From: Candidatus Saccharimonadota bacterium
GTDB lineage: Bacteria > Patescibacteriota > Gracilibacteria > Absconditabacterales > Absconditicoccaceae
Assembly (NCBI GenBank): GCA_030429145.1
Contig: JAUIDC010000001.1
Coordinates: 120,001-152,000, forward strand
DNA: 32,000 bases
Reading direction: 5' to 3'
Shown: positions 21,577-31,681 of the stretch, piece by piece
Position numbering within the stretch: the stretch's first letter is position 1
Layout of the letters: each line of letters opens with the position of its first letter
Translations under genes and position numbers: made by a program
Notes under the pieces: model-generated
What the model was told of the DNA's origin: nothing
Databases searched by the model: none
The model's input: only the letters and a program-made list of their open reading frames with translations

Positions 21577-23199
21577 TTAGTTAGTCAACAATACTGTCGG
21601 GATGATAGTATCGATAACAATAAGTGGATTTTCTTTAAATCTGTCACCTGTGACATTACAAAGATTTCCGTCTGTTCCTCTACCATTGAGCTGACACTCC
21701 CAAGTAAAGGTATTGTTAAAGTTGATACAGTTACCGCTGTTACAGTAGGTAGACGCAAGTGACGAACCGTATGTTGTTGTTGCGTTGTTGAAGAGGTTTT
21801 CTATCTGAGACTTTCTTGCATCCGTTGGTTCTAGTGCTGTATTGAGCGACGCAAACTTACCATGGATGTAGACCTTATACGGCACCGATGTACCAGTAGC
21901 ACCATACATAAGTCCGTTTACAAAGATGTTTCCTCTTAGATAGAATCCAGAGATAGATCCACCATCGTTACCATCCTTATCAAAAGTTCTCGTGATGCTC
22001 GATGGAGAGTCGATAAGAAGATTCCCCTGATCGACAAAGATGTTGAGTGCTACGCCATCAGGCATTTCATTTTGTAGCATCACATTTTTATTGTAGACGA
22101 CAATGGTCTTTCCATTGTAGTTTGTATCATTATCCAAGTCGATGATGACTGGATCAAATTCACTAAACGAAGCATCAGGATCTCCGATACATACAACTCC
22201 TGACGAAGGGTTTGTCCAGTTTGTCTCATCGTAGACAGTCTTTCCTCTACAGAGCGTCGAAGCTGTTCTCTTGAGCTGATTAATACTATTGGAGATGTTC
22301 ATCTTGTCTGAGACGATGATCGATGTTTCCTTTGGGTTACCGAGCACTGATCTTCTATCATCGACACCCAGTCCTCCTCTCGAAAGGAGTACATTACCTA
22401 ACACAGCGATACGCCACAATGTTCCAAGACCTGCAGTGATTGAACCACCGAGTGCATAACTTGTACCATTGGTATATGCTACCACATTGGTCGTACCTGT
22501 TTGAAATGCGAAAATGCTATTGATATAACCACCTGCATTGAGCGATGCGATGATACCAGTATGTGCAGCTAGTGGAAGCTCTCCACCGATAAATCCAATG
22601 CCAGCAATATTATCATAGAAGTAACCGATTGGCGTTTGATTGTTGAAGTACTGTACACTACTCACAAGAGGCGCACCTGTCAGAACCATATTGTTTGTTA
22701 CATCGTATCTTCTTCCCATACTCAAAGAAAGCGGTTTCGTCTTTCGAGTATAGTTTACCTGTCCGTAGACGCTATAAATCTCAAGTGAACCCGAATTTGA
22801 TGGGTTAGTACATGAGGTGTAGAGCGCACCTGTAAGGGAAAGACCTGTATATGAGCTGTCGATTGCTGCAAGGCCATTGAGTGTTTGTTGATCAAGTGGC
22901 CAAAGTCTCGCACCTCGTGCGTTACTGAAATACAGACCCCTTACCTGTTTTGTACAATTTCTTGTATTAGCACCTAAGCTCACCTGTACTGCAGGCAGAA
23001 TCTGTTGCGTTGGAAGCCAGAAAAAAGAGCCAGCATAGTCATTTCCTGGAGCGAAAAAGTGTGCCTCCGCATACTTTTCACCAATAGGATCCTGAGCAGA
23101 AAATGCAGGAAATGAAAAACTAATACCTGACGTAAATGATGAAAGTCCGGCAAGAGCACCTGCTGCTACAAGAGCGATTCACAGCGTTTTCTTAAGCAT
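21577..23199 (-). CDS. secreted protein of unknown function (540 aa)
   Basis: Track ORF 21577..22983 extended upstream through one UGA to ATG 23197-23199. Signal peptide MLKKTLGIALVAAGALAGLSSFTSG...FSA/QDP. The protein is Gly/Asn/Thr/Ser-rich and beta-strand-like, with Cys clusters near the C-terminus (CNSGNCINF...WECQL...LCNV). TAA TAA stop. Confidence 0.75.
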
Positions 23200-23236
23200 T
23201 TTGCTTTTTTGTATGATAAGGTAAATGTCTTCTATA

Positions 23237-23265
23237 ATTATAGCTTTATTACCCTGTTTTGTCAA
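23237..23265 (-). promoter_or_regulatory. consensus sigma70-type promoter for the 540-aa secreted protein
   Basis: On the minus strand: TTGACA, exactly 17 nt (aaacagggtaataaagc), TATAAT. About 37 nt upstream of the ATG. Confidence 0.6.
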
Positions 23266-23274
23266 AAATTCCTC

Positions 23275-23922
23275 TTACAGATCACCCATCCCAAGATAGT
23301 CTGAAACTGTACTTATAACCTTACTTCTCTCATCGCTTTCTGGCCCTATTCCAGCTTCGTCACAAGCACGCTGGAGATAACCCTCAACAATCAGCTTCTG
23401 CGAGCTCTTTTTATCCAATCCTTTCGCCATCATATAGAAAAGTTTTGCTTCATCAAGCTTATCTATCCTTGCTCCATGTGAGGCACTTACATCAGCTGAA
23501 TGCACATCTAACATAGGTAGAGTTTTTACTTTTACTTTCTTTCCCAACACAATATTTTCCTCCAAAAGATGTCCAGAAGCTTGTTTGATATTTGGGACGA
23601 TAGTCACTCCCCCATCTACATGGGCATCGGCCTGATCACCAAGGAATGAGATAAGATGTATGTTGATACTCGTATTATCGGCCTGTAGCTTCCCGTTGAC
23701 CTTTACGGAGATGTGTTGTTTTTCTTTCGATAAAATAAGGCATATGACCTCAGCTTTTGCCTCCTGCCCTTTTGCATGAATATCCAACACCACTTCTGCA
23801 TTGTCTATCACAAACAGTGCTTTCAACTCACTTTTTTCTTGCACATTTAGTGTGCGCTGCACGGTCTGCCCATGTATATATTCTACTATCTGCTGCGAAC
23901 TTTCTATCGTCTGAATTTGCAT
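23275..23922 (-). CDS. SufD/SufB-family Fe-S cluster assembly protein (short form, 215 aa)
   Basis: C-terminal pattern ...TLPMLDVHSADVSASHGARIDKLDEAKLFYMMAKGLDKKSSQKLIVEGYL matches the SufBD beta-helix/C-terminal region. Confidence 0.7.
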   Translation of the reverse strand: MQIQTIESSQQIVEYIHGQTVQRTLNVQEKSELKALFVIDNAEVVLDIHAKGQEAKAEVICLILSKEKQHISVKVNGKLQADNTSINIHLISFLGDQADAHVDGGVTIVPNIKQASGHLLEENIVLGKKVKVKTLPMLDVHSADVSASHGARIDKLDEAKLFYMMAKGLDKKSSQKLIVEGYLQRACDEAGIGPESDERSKVISTVSDYLGMGDL

Positions 23923-24183
23923 CTACTTGTCTTCTATCAATGTAAATCTCGGTACCCTCTGCCCGTTATATTCTACCTCAGTAAACCACTCTTTCAGTGG
24001 TCTCACTATCACGTCAATTTCTGCTGGCAGGTCATCTATAGGATACAATGGCTTATAGACGACCACCTGCTCGTCCTCATACGCATCCTTTCACTGAAAA
24101 AATCCGATAGACTCTATACGATAAGTGTGATCATCTCATCCTGCCGACTTATAATGTCTATACTTTTCTCCTACCTTTACCAT
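23923..24183 (-). CDS. DUF1653-like small protein (86 aa)
   Basis: Not in the track (2 in-frame UGAs). Sequence MVKVGEKYRHYKSAG-G-DDHTYRIESIGFFQ-G-KDAYEDEQVVVYKPLY...VIVRPLKEWFTEVEYNGQRVPRFTLI. The TAG stop abuts the sufD-like ATG. Confidence 0.6.
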
Positions 24184-24325
24184 GCAGAAAACAAAAAACT
24201 AAACATACTCTTTCTATCGTTTCTCTCGTTTTTTACAACCACAACTCTTCAAAAAAAGGTGTCACATTCTTCTCTTCTTTCCGTAGTATAAGTATGAATC
24301 CTTTTAATTATTGAAATTATCAACG

Positions 24326-25285
24326 ATGAAGAAACTAATAACAAGCATAGCGATCATGGCTACAGTCATGGCTGGAAGTGCATCTGCTCTCGGACCAGTA
24401 CCGGTACAAGCAGAGATGGATACATATACCGATGCTGTCGTACGAGGGAATGACCATGGTCTCACCAAATTTGAATCTCGAGCTCATTTTCGTGGAGATG
24501 CTGCAGTAACAAGAGAACAAGCAGCTAAGATGATGTCTGTATGGCTCGCTGCTAACCACCAACTTGAGTGGCCTGTATGGGACGAAAACTGTACATTCGA
24601 AGACCAAGCAGAGATCGACGAAACACTTGCAAATGGTGTAGATATGGCTTGTAAGTTTGGTCTCTTTAAGGGATATAAAGGAGACTTTATGCCAAAAAGA
24701 TACCTTACGACAACTGATATGTATACTATCATCGAGAGAGCTACAGATATTCTCCCTGCATATAGCGCATATATGGCAGAACTACCATCTTTAGAAGCAA
24801 GATATCTCACAAGAGGAGAACTAATTAAAGGTCTCTTCCGCATCAATGCTATCGTAAAAGCAAAGATGGATGCAGAAAAAGACAATGAGCTTTCTTCAGT
24901 ACAAACAGAACTCGATGCCTCTATGCAGCTCTGGGCAAGTAAAAACATCGTTAGCTATACTGCTGAACAGCAAGCTATGTGTTTCTGTCCACCAGCATAC
25001 ACAAACCCCATTCGCTTCGACGTTGAAGAAAACGTAGCAGTAAAGGGCTCTATCCAAGACATCAGTGAAGAGAACGCTCTTCCTGCAGAAGAGGTGAAAT
25101 CAGAAGCTAAAACAGTCACAGACCTCTTTGCCATCATCCAAGATGCAATCGACCGTAGAGCAGACGACATCACTGTAAACTACGATGCCCAGCTTGGCTA
25201 TCCAACAAGCATCAGCATAGACTACAACACGATGATCGCTGACGAAGAAATGTATTATACATATAAGATCGTTAGTCAGAATTAA
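24326..25285 (+). CDS. secreted protein with two SLH-like repeats and a DUF6174-like C-terminal domain
   Basis: Start moved to ATG 24326 (MKKLITSIAIMATVMAGSASA/LG signal peptide). SLH-like segments: ...HFRGDAAVTREQAAKMMSVWL and FEDQAEIDETLANGVDMACKFGLFKGYKGDFMPKRYLT. The C-terminus ...CFCPPAY...VNYDAQLGYPTSISIDYNTMIADEE resembles DUF6174. Confidence 0.55.
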   Translation: MKKLITSIAIMATVMAGSASALGPVPVQAEMDTYTDAVVRGNDHGLTKFESRAHFRGDAAVTREQAAKMMSVWLAANHQLEWPVWDENCTFEDQAEIDETLANGVDMACKFGLFKGYKGDFMPKRYLTTTDMYTIIERATDILPAYSAYMAELPSLEARYLTRGELIKGLFRINAIVKAKMDAEKDNELSSVQTELDASMQLWASKNIVSYTAEQQAMCFCPPAYTNPIRFDVEENVAVKGSIQDISEENALPAEEVKSEAKTVTDLFAIIQDAIDRRADDITVNYDAQLGYPTSISIDYNTMIADEEMYYTYKIVSQN

Positions 25286-25310
25286 ATAGAGGTCATCTCT
25301 CTACCTTGAA

Positions 25311-25336
25311 AAGAGCCCACTGAGGGCTCTTTTTTA
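25311..25336 (+). terminator. rho-independent terminator
   Basis: AGAGCCC-actga-GGGCTCT followed by TTTTTT. Confidence 0.8.
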
Positions 25337-25348
25337 TTATAAAGAATA

Positions 25349-25377
25349 TTGACTTTCACACCTGTTTTCATGATAAT
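25349..25377 (+). promoter_or_regulatory. sigma70-like promoter for the two-gene orphan operon
   Basis: TTGACT, 17-nt spacer, GATAAT. About 31 nt upstream of the ATG at 25409. Confidence 0.5.
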
Positions 25378-25408
25378 ATCATTTTTAGTGATCAAAAAAT
25401 CCACTCTC

Positions 25409-26188
25409 ATGGTAAATATGCAAGAACTTCACAAAGAAGTTAACACTATGAAACAAACATACAAACAATTTTCGGAGGGAAATTGACTTTCCACTGAGCA
25501 GGTTGAGACGCTTTGCTCTACTATGTCAGAAAGGATGAAAAAACTCCTTGTAGCAACTGTTGATATTCCTCGTTATCAATCAAGAACTTGGGACAACTAT
25601 CTGCTCTTCGTGAGAGGAGAACTCATTAACACACTCAATTGACGTGGCTCTGATGGAATCCCGAAAGAGCAAATCAGCAAACACGATCTTAAGATAAAAG
25701 AAAATCTTCTTCCAGGTGGGTATGATCTTATGATGTACGACCAACAATTGAAACAGGACTTTCCACCTTATCAGAATGATATCATGAAGATCTCTGTAGA
25801 TAATGTGCAGAGACCATGACCAAAAGGAGTAGTAAAAGCCAGACTTTCACATAAAATTCATTTTCCAGGCAAACAGAGAATCTATGAAAGCATGCCACAA
25901 GAGATACTTTGAGAGGTGAAAAAAGTTGGTATTGATCCTGGCATGTCTATGTGGGAAGGAGGCGTAAACTCAACGAGACCAACGGATCTTTACGGAGCAC
26001 TGAGTAAAACAATTCTCGATTATGTTCTCGATAAATGAGCGACTCCTTTTATCTTCGACGCAGGAACATGAAGCGACGAAACAAGGAAGTTGTTACAGCA
26101 AAAGATACCAATCTTAAATGACTATACAAAAGGACTACTTTCTGTCTCATTTACAGACAATGTACTTACTTATACTATTGACGAATAA
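25409..26188 (+). CDS. orphan protein (259 aa)
   Basis: Invisible in the supplied track because it has 7 in-frame UGAs. Hand translation gives one open frame from ATG 25409 to TAA 26186-26188: MVNMQELHKEVNTMKQTYKQFSEGN-G-LSTEQ...LTYTIDE. No family recognised. Confidence 0.65.
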
Positions 26189-26191
26189 GCC

Positions 26192-27028
26192 ATGAGATTA
26201 TCTACAATCGAACAGTCAATAAAAAACACGAGGAACGATTTCCACAATTTTGCTGCAGAACATTTTTCTCATAAAGCGATAGCAAGTGCTTACAACACCT
26301 TGAAAGAAAGACAGAGAGCTCTTTTATATAGCACGTTAGGTGTGAATAATGAGAAAGAGTTTATTGAGCAACAACGCTTCAAACTGCAACTCGTCGCTCT
26401 CACACCGAAGCTAGAAGAGTCTATCAAGCGTTATGAGATAGAACTTGGCAATATTTTCCGTGCGGGTTATACTGCAGACTATGACCTATGAATAAAAGAA
26501 GACTTTGATCTAGAAGGACCTTCCGGCATTATTGATCCTTATACGAACAAGTTTGTGACAATTGGGGCGACAAAGATCATACCAGCTCATCCTTCCTATG
26601 CAAAGGAACGCGTTAGAGTGGTTCTGCAAGAAAAAACTCCATCGATTGCCTCGTTCTCTTGAGCTCGTAAGATACGTAGCATCGCTCAAAACATCATGAA
26701 CTATATCGAAAAAACTGCAGATAATAAAGAGTTGTTAGAGGTGCTCCACACTCTTGATGCAAGGTATCCAAATGAACAAAGACCTCGATTTACCGAGATG
26801 ATGACTGATGCTCTTCGTGAACATATTGCAGGAGCAGAATCTACTATTTTTGACCCAACAGGCAAGACTGCGGCATATTTCCCTGATCGACATGTACGCA
26901 AAAATGCCAAATTCAATAAACCTCTCAATGAGATACTCAACGGCCTCGCATTCATCGAAAGAGAGGTCAAAGAGTGAAGAAATAGCTCACAACACAAGGT
27001 GAGCATCCTGCCTGAATGCAAAGAGTAA
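26192..27028 (+). CDS. orphan protein (278 aa)
   Basis: Track ORFs 26192..26491 and 26696..26977 lie in the same frame, and the gaps are open with 3 UGAs. It starts 3 nt after the previous stop and ends with TAA at 27026-27028. No family recognised. Confidence 0.65.
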
Positions 27029-27032
27029 CTTC

Positions 27033-27413
27033 TTATATCCTTACGGTCGTCCAACTTACTCTTCAGGCGTCTATGGCTCTTTTTATCATAGTTTCATTTC
27101 TATTTAACTGGCTTTTGCCAGTTTTTATTTCGATAAAAGCAACTTCACGAAGCGCTCATTCGCTCAAACCATCGAAAGCGATATAGTCGACTCACTTACC
27201 AAGGAAGACGAGATCTTTATAGTGATACGGAAAATCAGGGAGCAAAGGGGCTATTTTCTCACTCACGAAGCCCAATGTCGTAGCACGAGACTTTGCGACA
27301 GCATCTTTGCGCTCTCCCCTTCTCTGTTGCCGAAAGACAATTTTTGCTATCAGATATCCGATAATGACACCCACGATAACTCCAACAATAATATACCCTA
27401 TTCCGTTTGACAT
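27033..27413 (-). CDS. membrane-anchored endonuclease related to archaeal Holliday junction resolvase (COG4741 / Endonuc_Holl-like)
   Basis: N-terminal TM segment GYIIVGVIVGVIIGYLIA, then RKDAVAKSRATTLGFVSEKIAPLLPDFPYHYKDLVFLGK-G-VDYIAFDGLSE-G-ALREVAFIEIKTGKSQLNRNETMIKRAIDA-G-RVSW. Three in-frame UGAs. Confidence 0.6.
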
Positions 27414-27527
27414 ACTGCTTGAAATAAGTGATTAAATGGATACAAACTCATAGTAGTTATTTCGGCAGGCGACACAATACATTTGCCATGTGCTCATCAT
27501 TTTATAGCATATTATTGATCAACATCT

Positions 27528-28799
27528 ATGTTAGACCCGAGGTATGTCAGAGAGAATCTCGACCATATACAGCAAATCATTAAAGATAAGAATAGTAAAG
27601 TGAATATCGATACTTTTGCTTCGCTCTACGATGAGGTAAAAGAGCTTCAGCAGCAAGAACAAGATTTGAACACACAGAAAAATCAAGCTGCAAAAGAACA
27701 GAATGCTGAAGCTGGTAAAAAAATTAAAGAACAGCTACAAGCCCTCAGCGAGAAACTGTCAGACAAGCAAAAAGAGCTCAATGAGCTACTTTGGGCTATT
27801 CCAAATGCCTATTCGGACGACACTCCTGTGGGGAAAGATGAAGAAGAAAACAAGCTGCTTCGCACCTGGGGAGAGCCAAAGGCTTTCACATTTGATGTAA
27901 AAGACCACGTAGACCTTGGGACAGCGCTCGATATATTGGATTTTGAAAGTGCATGAAAGATTTCATGAAGTAGATTTGTCTATTTGAAAAATGGACTGGT
28001 AAGATTGCAGTTCGCGTTGATTCAGTGGGTTATGGAGACATTGACCAATCAGGAGATCATAGATGAGATTATCAAGAAGAATAATTTGAAGGTGAAAAAT
28101 ACGCCGTTTACGCTGATGCTTCCTCCGTTTTTCATGAAGATGGATGTAATGGATAAGATGGGTAGGTTGCAGCCGACAGATGAAAGATACTGCTATGAAC
28201 AGGACAACTTAGTGTTGAACGGCTCGGCTGAACATGTGCTTGGGCCATTACATATGGATCAACAGTTGACTGAAGATCAGCTTCCTATTAGATATCTTGG
28301 CTATGCAACATCATTTAGAAGAGAGGCTGGAAGTTATGGTAAAGACACTAAAGGTATGATCAGAATGCATCAGTTCGATAAGCTAGAAATGGAGTCATTT
28401 TGTCTGCCAGAAGATGGTCAGGAAGAGCAGGATTTCATGATTGCTATCCAAGAGCATATGTTACAACAGCTAGAAATCCCTTATGAGGTATTGATCTGCT
28501 GTACAGGAGATATGGGAGACGTTGATTATCGCCATATAGATATCAACGCATGGATTCCAAGCCAGGACAAGTATCGTGAGACCCACAGTGGAGACTATAT
28601 GACAGATTATCAGGCAAGAAGACTCAATATCAGATATAAAAAGGCTGACGGCGAAAAAGGCTTCGTGCACATGAATGACGCAACTGCTTTCGCATTGAGT
28701 AGAACGCTCGTAGCCATCATCGAGAACAATCAACAAGAAGATGGATCGATTAAAGTTCCAAAAGTGTTGCAGAAGTGGATGGGGAAAGAGGTTATTTAA
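27528..28799 (+). CDS. serS: seryl-tRNA synthetase
   Basis: N-terminal coiled-coil arm; LDFESA-G-KIS-G-SRFVYLKNGLVRLQFAL; class II motifs FRREAGSYGKDTKGMIRMHQFDKLE and TAFALSRTLVAIIENNQ. Confidence 0.95.
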
Positions 28800-28814
28800 G
28801 TATTACGCATATGT

Positions 28815-29219
28815 ATGCTCATAGCTAAAACATTTGAATTTGATGCAGCTCATAGGCTTTCTTTACACTCAGGCAAGTGTAAGAATTTACATGGACATAG
28901 ATATAAAGTAGTGGTACAGATAGAAGGAGAGATCAATCAGGAACCTTCAGCAAGTTGTGGGATGGTAAAAGATTTTGGAGATTTTTCTGTGATAAAAAGT
29001 TGGTTAGATGAAAAGATGGATCATGCGTATATTTCACAGAAAGATGATAGTATAGCCGCAGTGTGCGAAAAAGAGTGATTGAAAATATATTATATGGATG
29101 CGCCAACGACGGCAGAAAATATCGCAAAGCATTTGCATGAGACATTTCAGTCATTTTTCCCTGTGCATAGCATCCAAGTCTACGAGACGCCGGCTACACG
29201 AGCTCTTTATCCGTGATAA
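28815..29219 (+). CDS. queD: 6-carboxy-5,6,7,8-tetrahydropterin synthase QueD
   Basis: FEFDAAHRLSLHSGKCKNLHGHRYKVVV (CxxxHGH zinc/catalytic motif). One internal UGA. It ends ...LYP-UGA-TAA. Confidence 0.85.
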
Positions 29220-29225
29220 TCAATC

Positions 29226-29435
29226 ATGCAAAAACTCACTTTTGAACAAGCATATACTCGCCTCAAAGAGATCAATGATACGCTGCAGACCAGCGAAGTT
29301 ATTGATGTGGAGAAAATTATTGCATTGCAAAAAGAAGCGAAGGAGTTATATGAGTATTTAGATAAGGTTTTGAAAAAGGCTGAATCAGTCGATGACAATT
29401 TTGATGAAGAAAGCGACGACGAGGACAACGACTAA
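29226..29435 (+). CDS. xseB: exodeoxyribonuclease VII small subunit-like protein
   Basis: 69 aa: LTFEQAYTRLKEINDTLQTSEVIDVEKIIALQKEAKELYEYLDKVLKKAE fits the XseB helical-hairpin pattern and is followed by an acidic tail. No xseA lies next to it. Confidence 0.5.
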   Translation: MQKLTFEQAYTRLKEINDTLQTSEVIDVEKIIALQKEAKELYEYLDKVLKKAESVDDNFDEESDDEDND

Positions 29436-29456
29436 CGTTTAACTCTCCCCGATATT

Positions 29457-30743
29457 ATGTCCCAAATAAAAACACTGAAAAATCACGCATTTCGATGGAC
29501 GTTGGTAGCGCTACTAAGCGCGATGTTTGTCGTATTGCTCAGTGGGTATTGGTGGCATATTGAACAGACCAACCAAAAGCTTTCACAGCGGACTGAACCG
29601 CTTGAAAACATCACGACTACTATCCTTGCACAGTCAGGCAGCAGTGATGATAGCCTTACTCGCAGTCATCTTGCTAGTATCGAACAACAAATTTCTGGTC
29701 TGGATCTTACGCCATCACTAAGCAATTCGCTCCGTCGCTACATAGGAAATTTGTATACTGTCGCTGGGGCGTTTGATGCAGCAAAGCAGACTATTCCGCA
29801 GACCAATGATTGGCACTATTTGTTTGACAAAGGGACCATAGATTTGCTGCATACCAATAGTTTACTCTCATGAGACGTCCTCACGCTCTACTCAGGCAGG
29901 CAGATCATCCAAGATGCTATCACCCACCTCTCAGGAGCAACGATAAGTACAACCGATAGAATAAAAAAACAGATGAGCACGCACAATCTCAGTGTCGCTC
30001 TCGCCTCACAAATCGGCGTCGAAGTACTCGTCTGTACTAAAAGTTATGATGCCCTCGCTCAAAGTCGACAAAACGTCTCTACTCTTTTCTCTGGCCTGAT
30101 ACAAACGTATACCAATCAACTCTCATATCTCAGCACCCTCACCGGCAACGACGAAAATTTCTTCCAGTGTATCTCTGCTTACCGTCAACAACTCAATACT
30201 AATATTTCACAAATCAATCAACACTTTCCAACTATCAATAAACTCAATGCCCTTTCTACCTCGAGACAACGCACCTACAACACCTCTCCTCTTCAGTGTC
30301 CTCTCGGTATTGATCTTAGACAGGACATTATAGATGTTCGCACCTATGAACAAGAAACAAATGAGCTGCTCTCTAGCAATCAGCATATCGAGAACATGCT
30401 TGCAACTGGCTCCCTACAGACTATACAGGAGATATGCCAAACAGCAACCAGTGAACAAGAGTGATCAGGCCACTCTCTCGACGATCTGCTTTCTGTGTTT
30501 ACAGGCTCACAGCAACAGCTTATGCAGCAGCCTCCACAGACCACCTGAGCCAATAGTAACACTGGTTCATTTACCCAGCTACCAGAAGAGACCCGAAACA
30601 TCATCAATGATATCTATGAAAATAACACCAAATACATCGACCTCATGCAACAGACAAAGCAGGATAAAAGCTACAATCCACTCCGACGTATCCAACAACT
30701 CTTTCAAGAGTTCTACGGCGACACTGAAGAATTTACAAGATAG
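29457..30743 (+). CDS. membrane-anchored orphan protein (428 aa)
   Basis: Track ORFs 29457..29873 and 29973..30464 lie in one frame, which continues through a further UGA to TAG 30741-30743. N-terminal TM segment WTLVALLSAMFVVLLSGYWW. The rest is Gln/Ser/Thr-rich. No family recognised. Confidence 0.6.
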
Positions 30744-30768
30744 CTACAGACCTTTTTCAACTTTATAC

Positions 30769-30783
30769 ATTTTTAATTTTATA
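30769..30783. repeat. AT-rich intergenic motif, copy 5 (ATTTTTAATTTTATA)
   Basis: Exact reverse complement of the left arm of copies 1 and 3. It ends 10 nt upstream of the lgt ATG. Confidence 0.55.
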
Positions 30784-30793
30784 TTATATTCCT

Positions 30794-31597
30794 ATGATTG
30801 CTTTCCATATTGGGTCCATCCCCATCTATCGATACGGTATCTTCTATCTCGCAACTTTTGTTGTTGGCTATCTCTTTCTCATTCGAGTAGGCAAGATCAG
30901 AATGTATGCGAAGTTCGATAATGCTCAAACGATACTTACAAGATGAGTCGATGATATCGTCCTCGCCTCGGTCATTGGGATACTTGTAGGCGGTAGACTT
31001 GGAGAGGTTCTCCTTTACAACCGAGAATACTACAGCCAAAACCCAGCAGAGATTATTGCGGTCTGGCATGGTGGTATGTCATTTATCGGTGGCATTGTCG
31101 GAGTCATCCTTGCAATTCTTTTCTTGGATAGAATGTTCAAACTATCGAGAAAAGAGCTTCTTATCATCTTTGACCTCATCCTCGTGATCGTACCTATCGG
31201 TATCATCCTTGGTCGCTACGGCAATTTTCTCAATCAAGAACTGTATGGCATCCTCGCGCCTTCTCGATGGCCAGAGATCCTTACGCACACCTATACCACC
31301 ATTGATAACCAACCAAGGATCAACACAAACTTTCTTGCACTCCTCTTCGAATGAGCCCTCACTTTTGTTGTCTCTCTCTTCCTTTTCTTCAAACAAAAAA
31401 TAACTAAACATATCACCCCAGGAGTTATCTCGGTCACTTTTATCTCCCTCTATTCTATCATCAGATTTTTCCTCGACTATCTCAGACAGGATAGCCAAGG
31501 TCAATTTATGGGACCATTCACTACTACACAATGGTTTATGCTCTTCTTTTTCCTCTTCGGCATAGCCCTTTGGAGATATCTTATCCAAAAAAGATAA
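30794..31597 (+). CDS. lgt: prolipoprotein diacylglyceryl transferase
   Basis: IAVWHGGMSFIGGIVGV, GRYGNFLNQELYG and FLALLFE-G-ALTF. One frame with 2 in-frame UGAs and multiple TM segments. Confidence 0.9.
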
Positions 31598-31599
31598 TC

Positions 31600-31627
31600 T
31601 TGACTTTTGAGATTTGGGGCGTAATAT
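31600..31627 (+). promoter_or_regulatory. possible promoter
   Basis: TTGACT, 16-nt spacer, TAATAT. Confidence 0.4.
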
Positions 31628-31681
31628 TCAAAGCACGCTTTACATCACAACATTCAAAGTATGTACTGAGGAAATCTTAAT

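Noticed and set aside
27107-27130. Hairpin ACTGGC-tttt-GCCAGT followed by a T-run, which looks like a terminator for the + strand orphan operon.
   Set aside because: After table-25 extension it lies inside the coding region of the convergent nuclease gene (27033..27413). The two genes are only 4 nt apart, so I do not call it a terminator.
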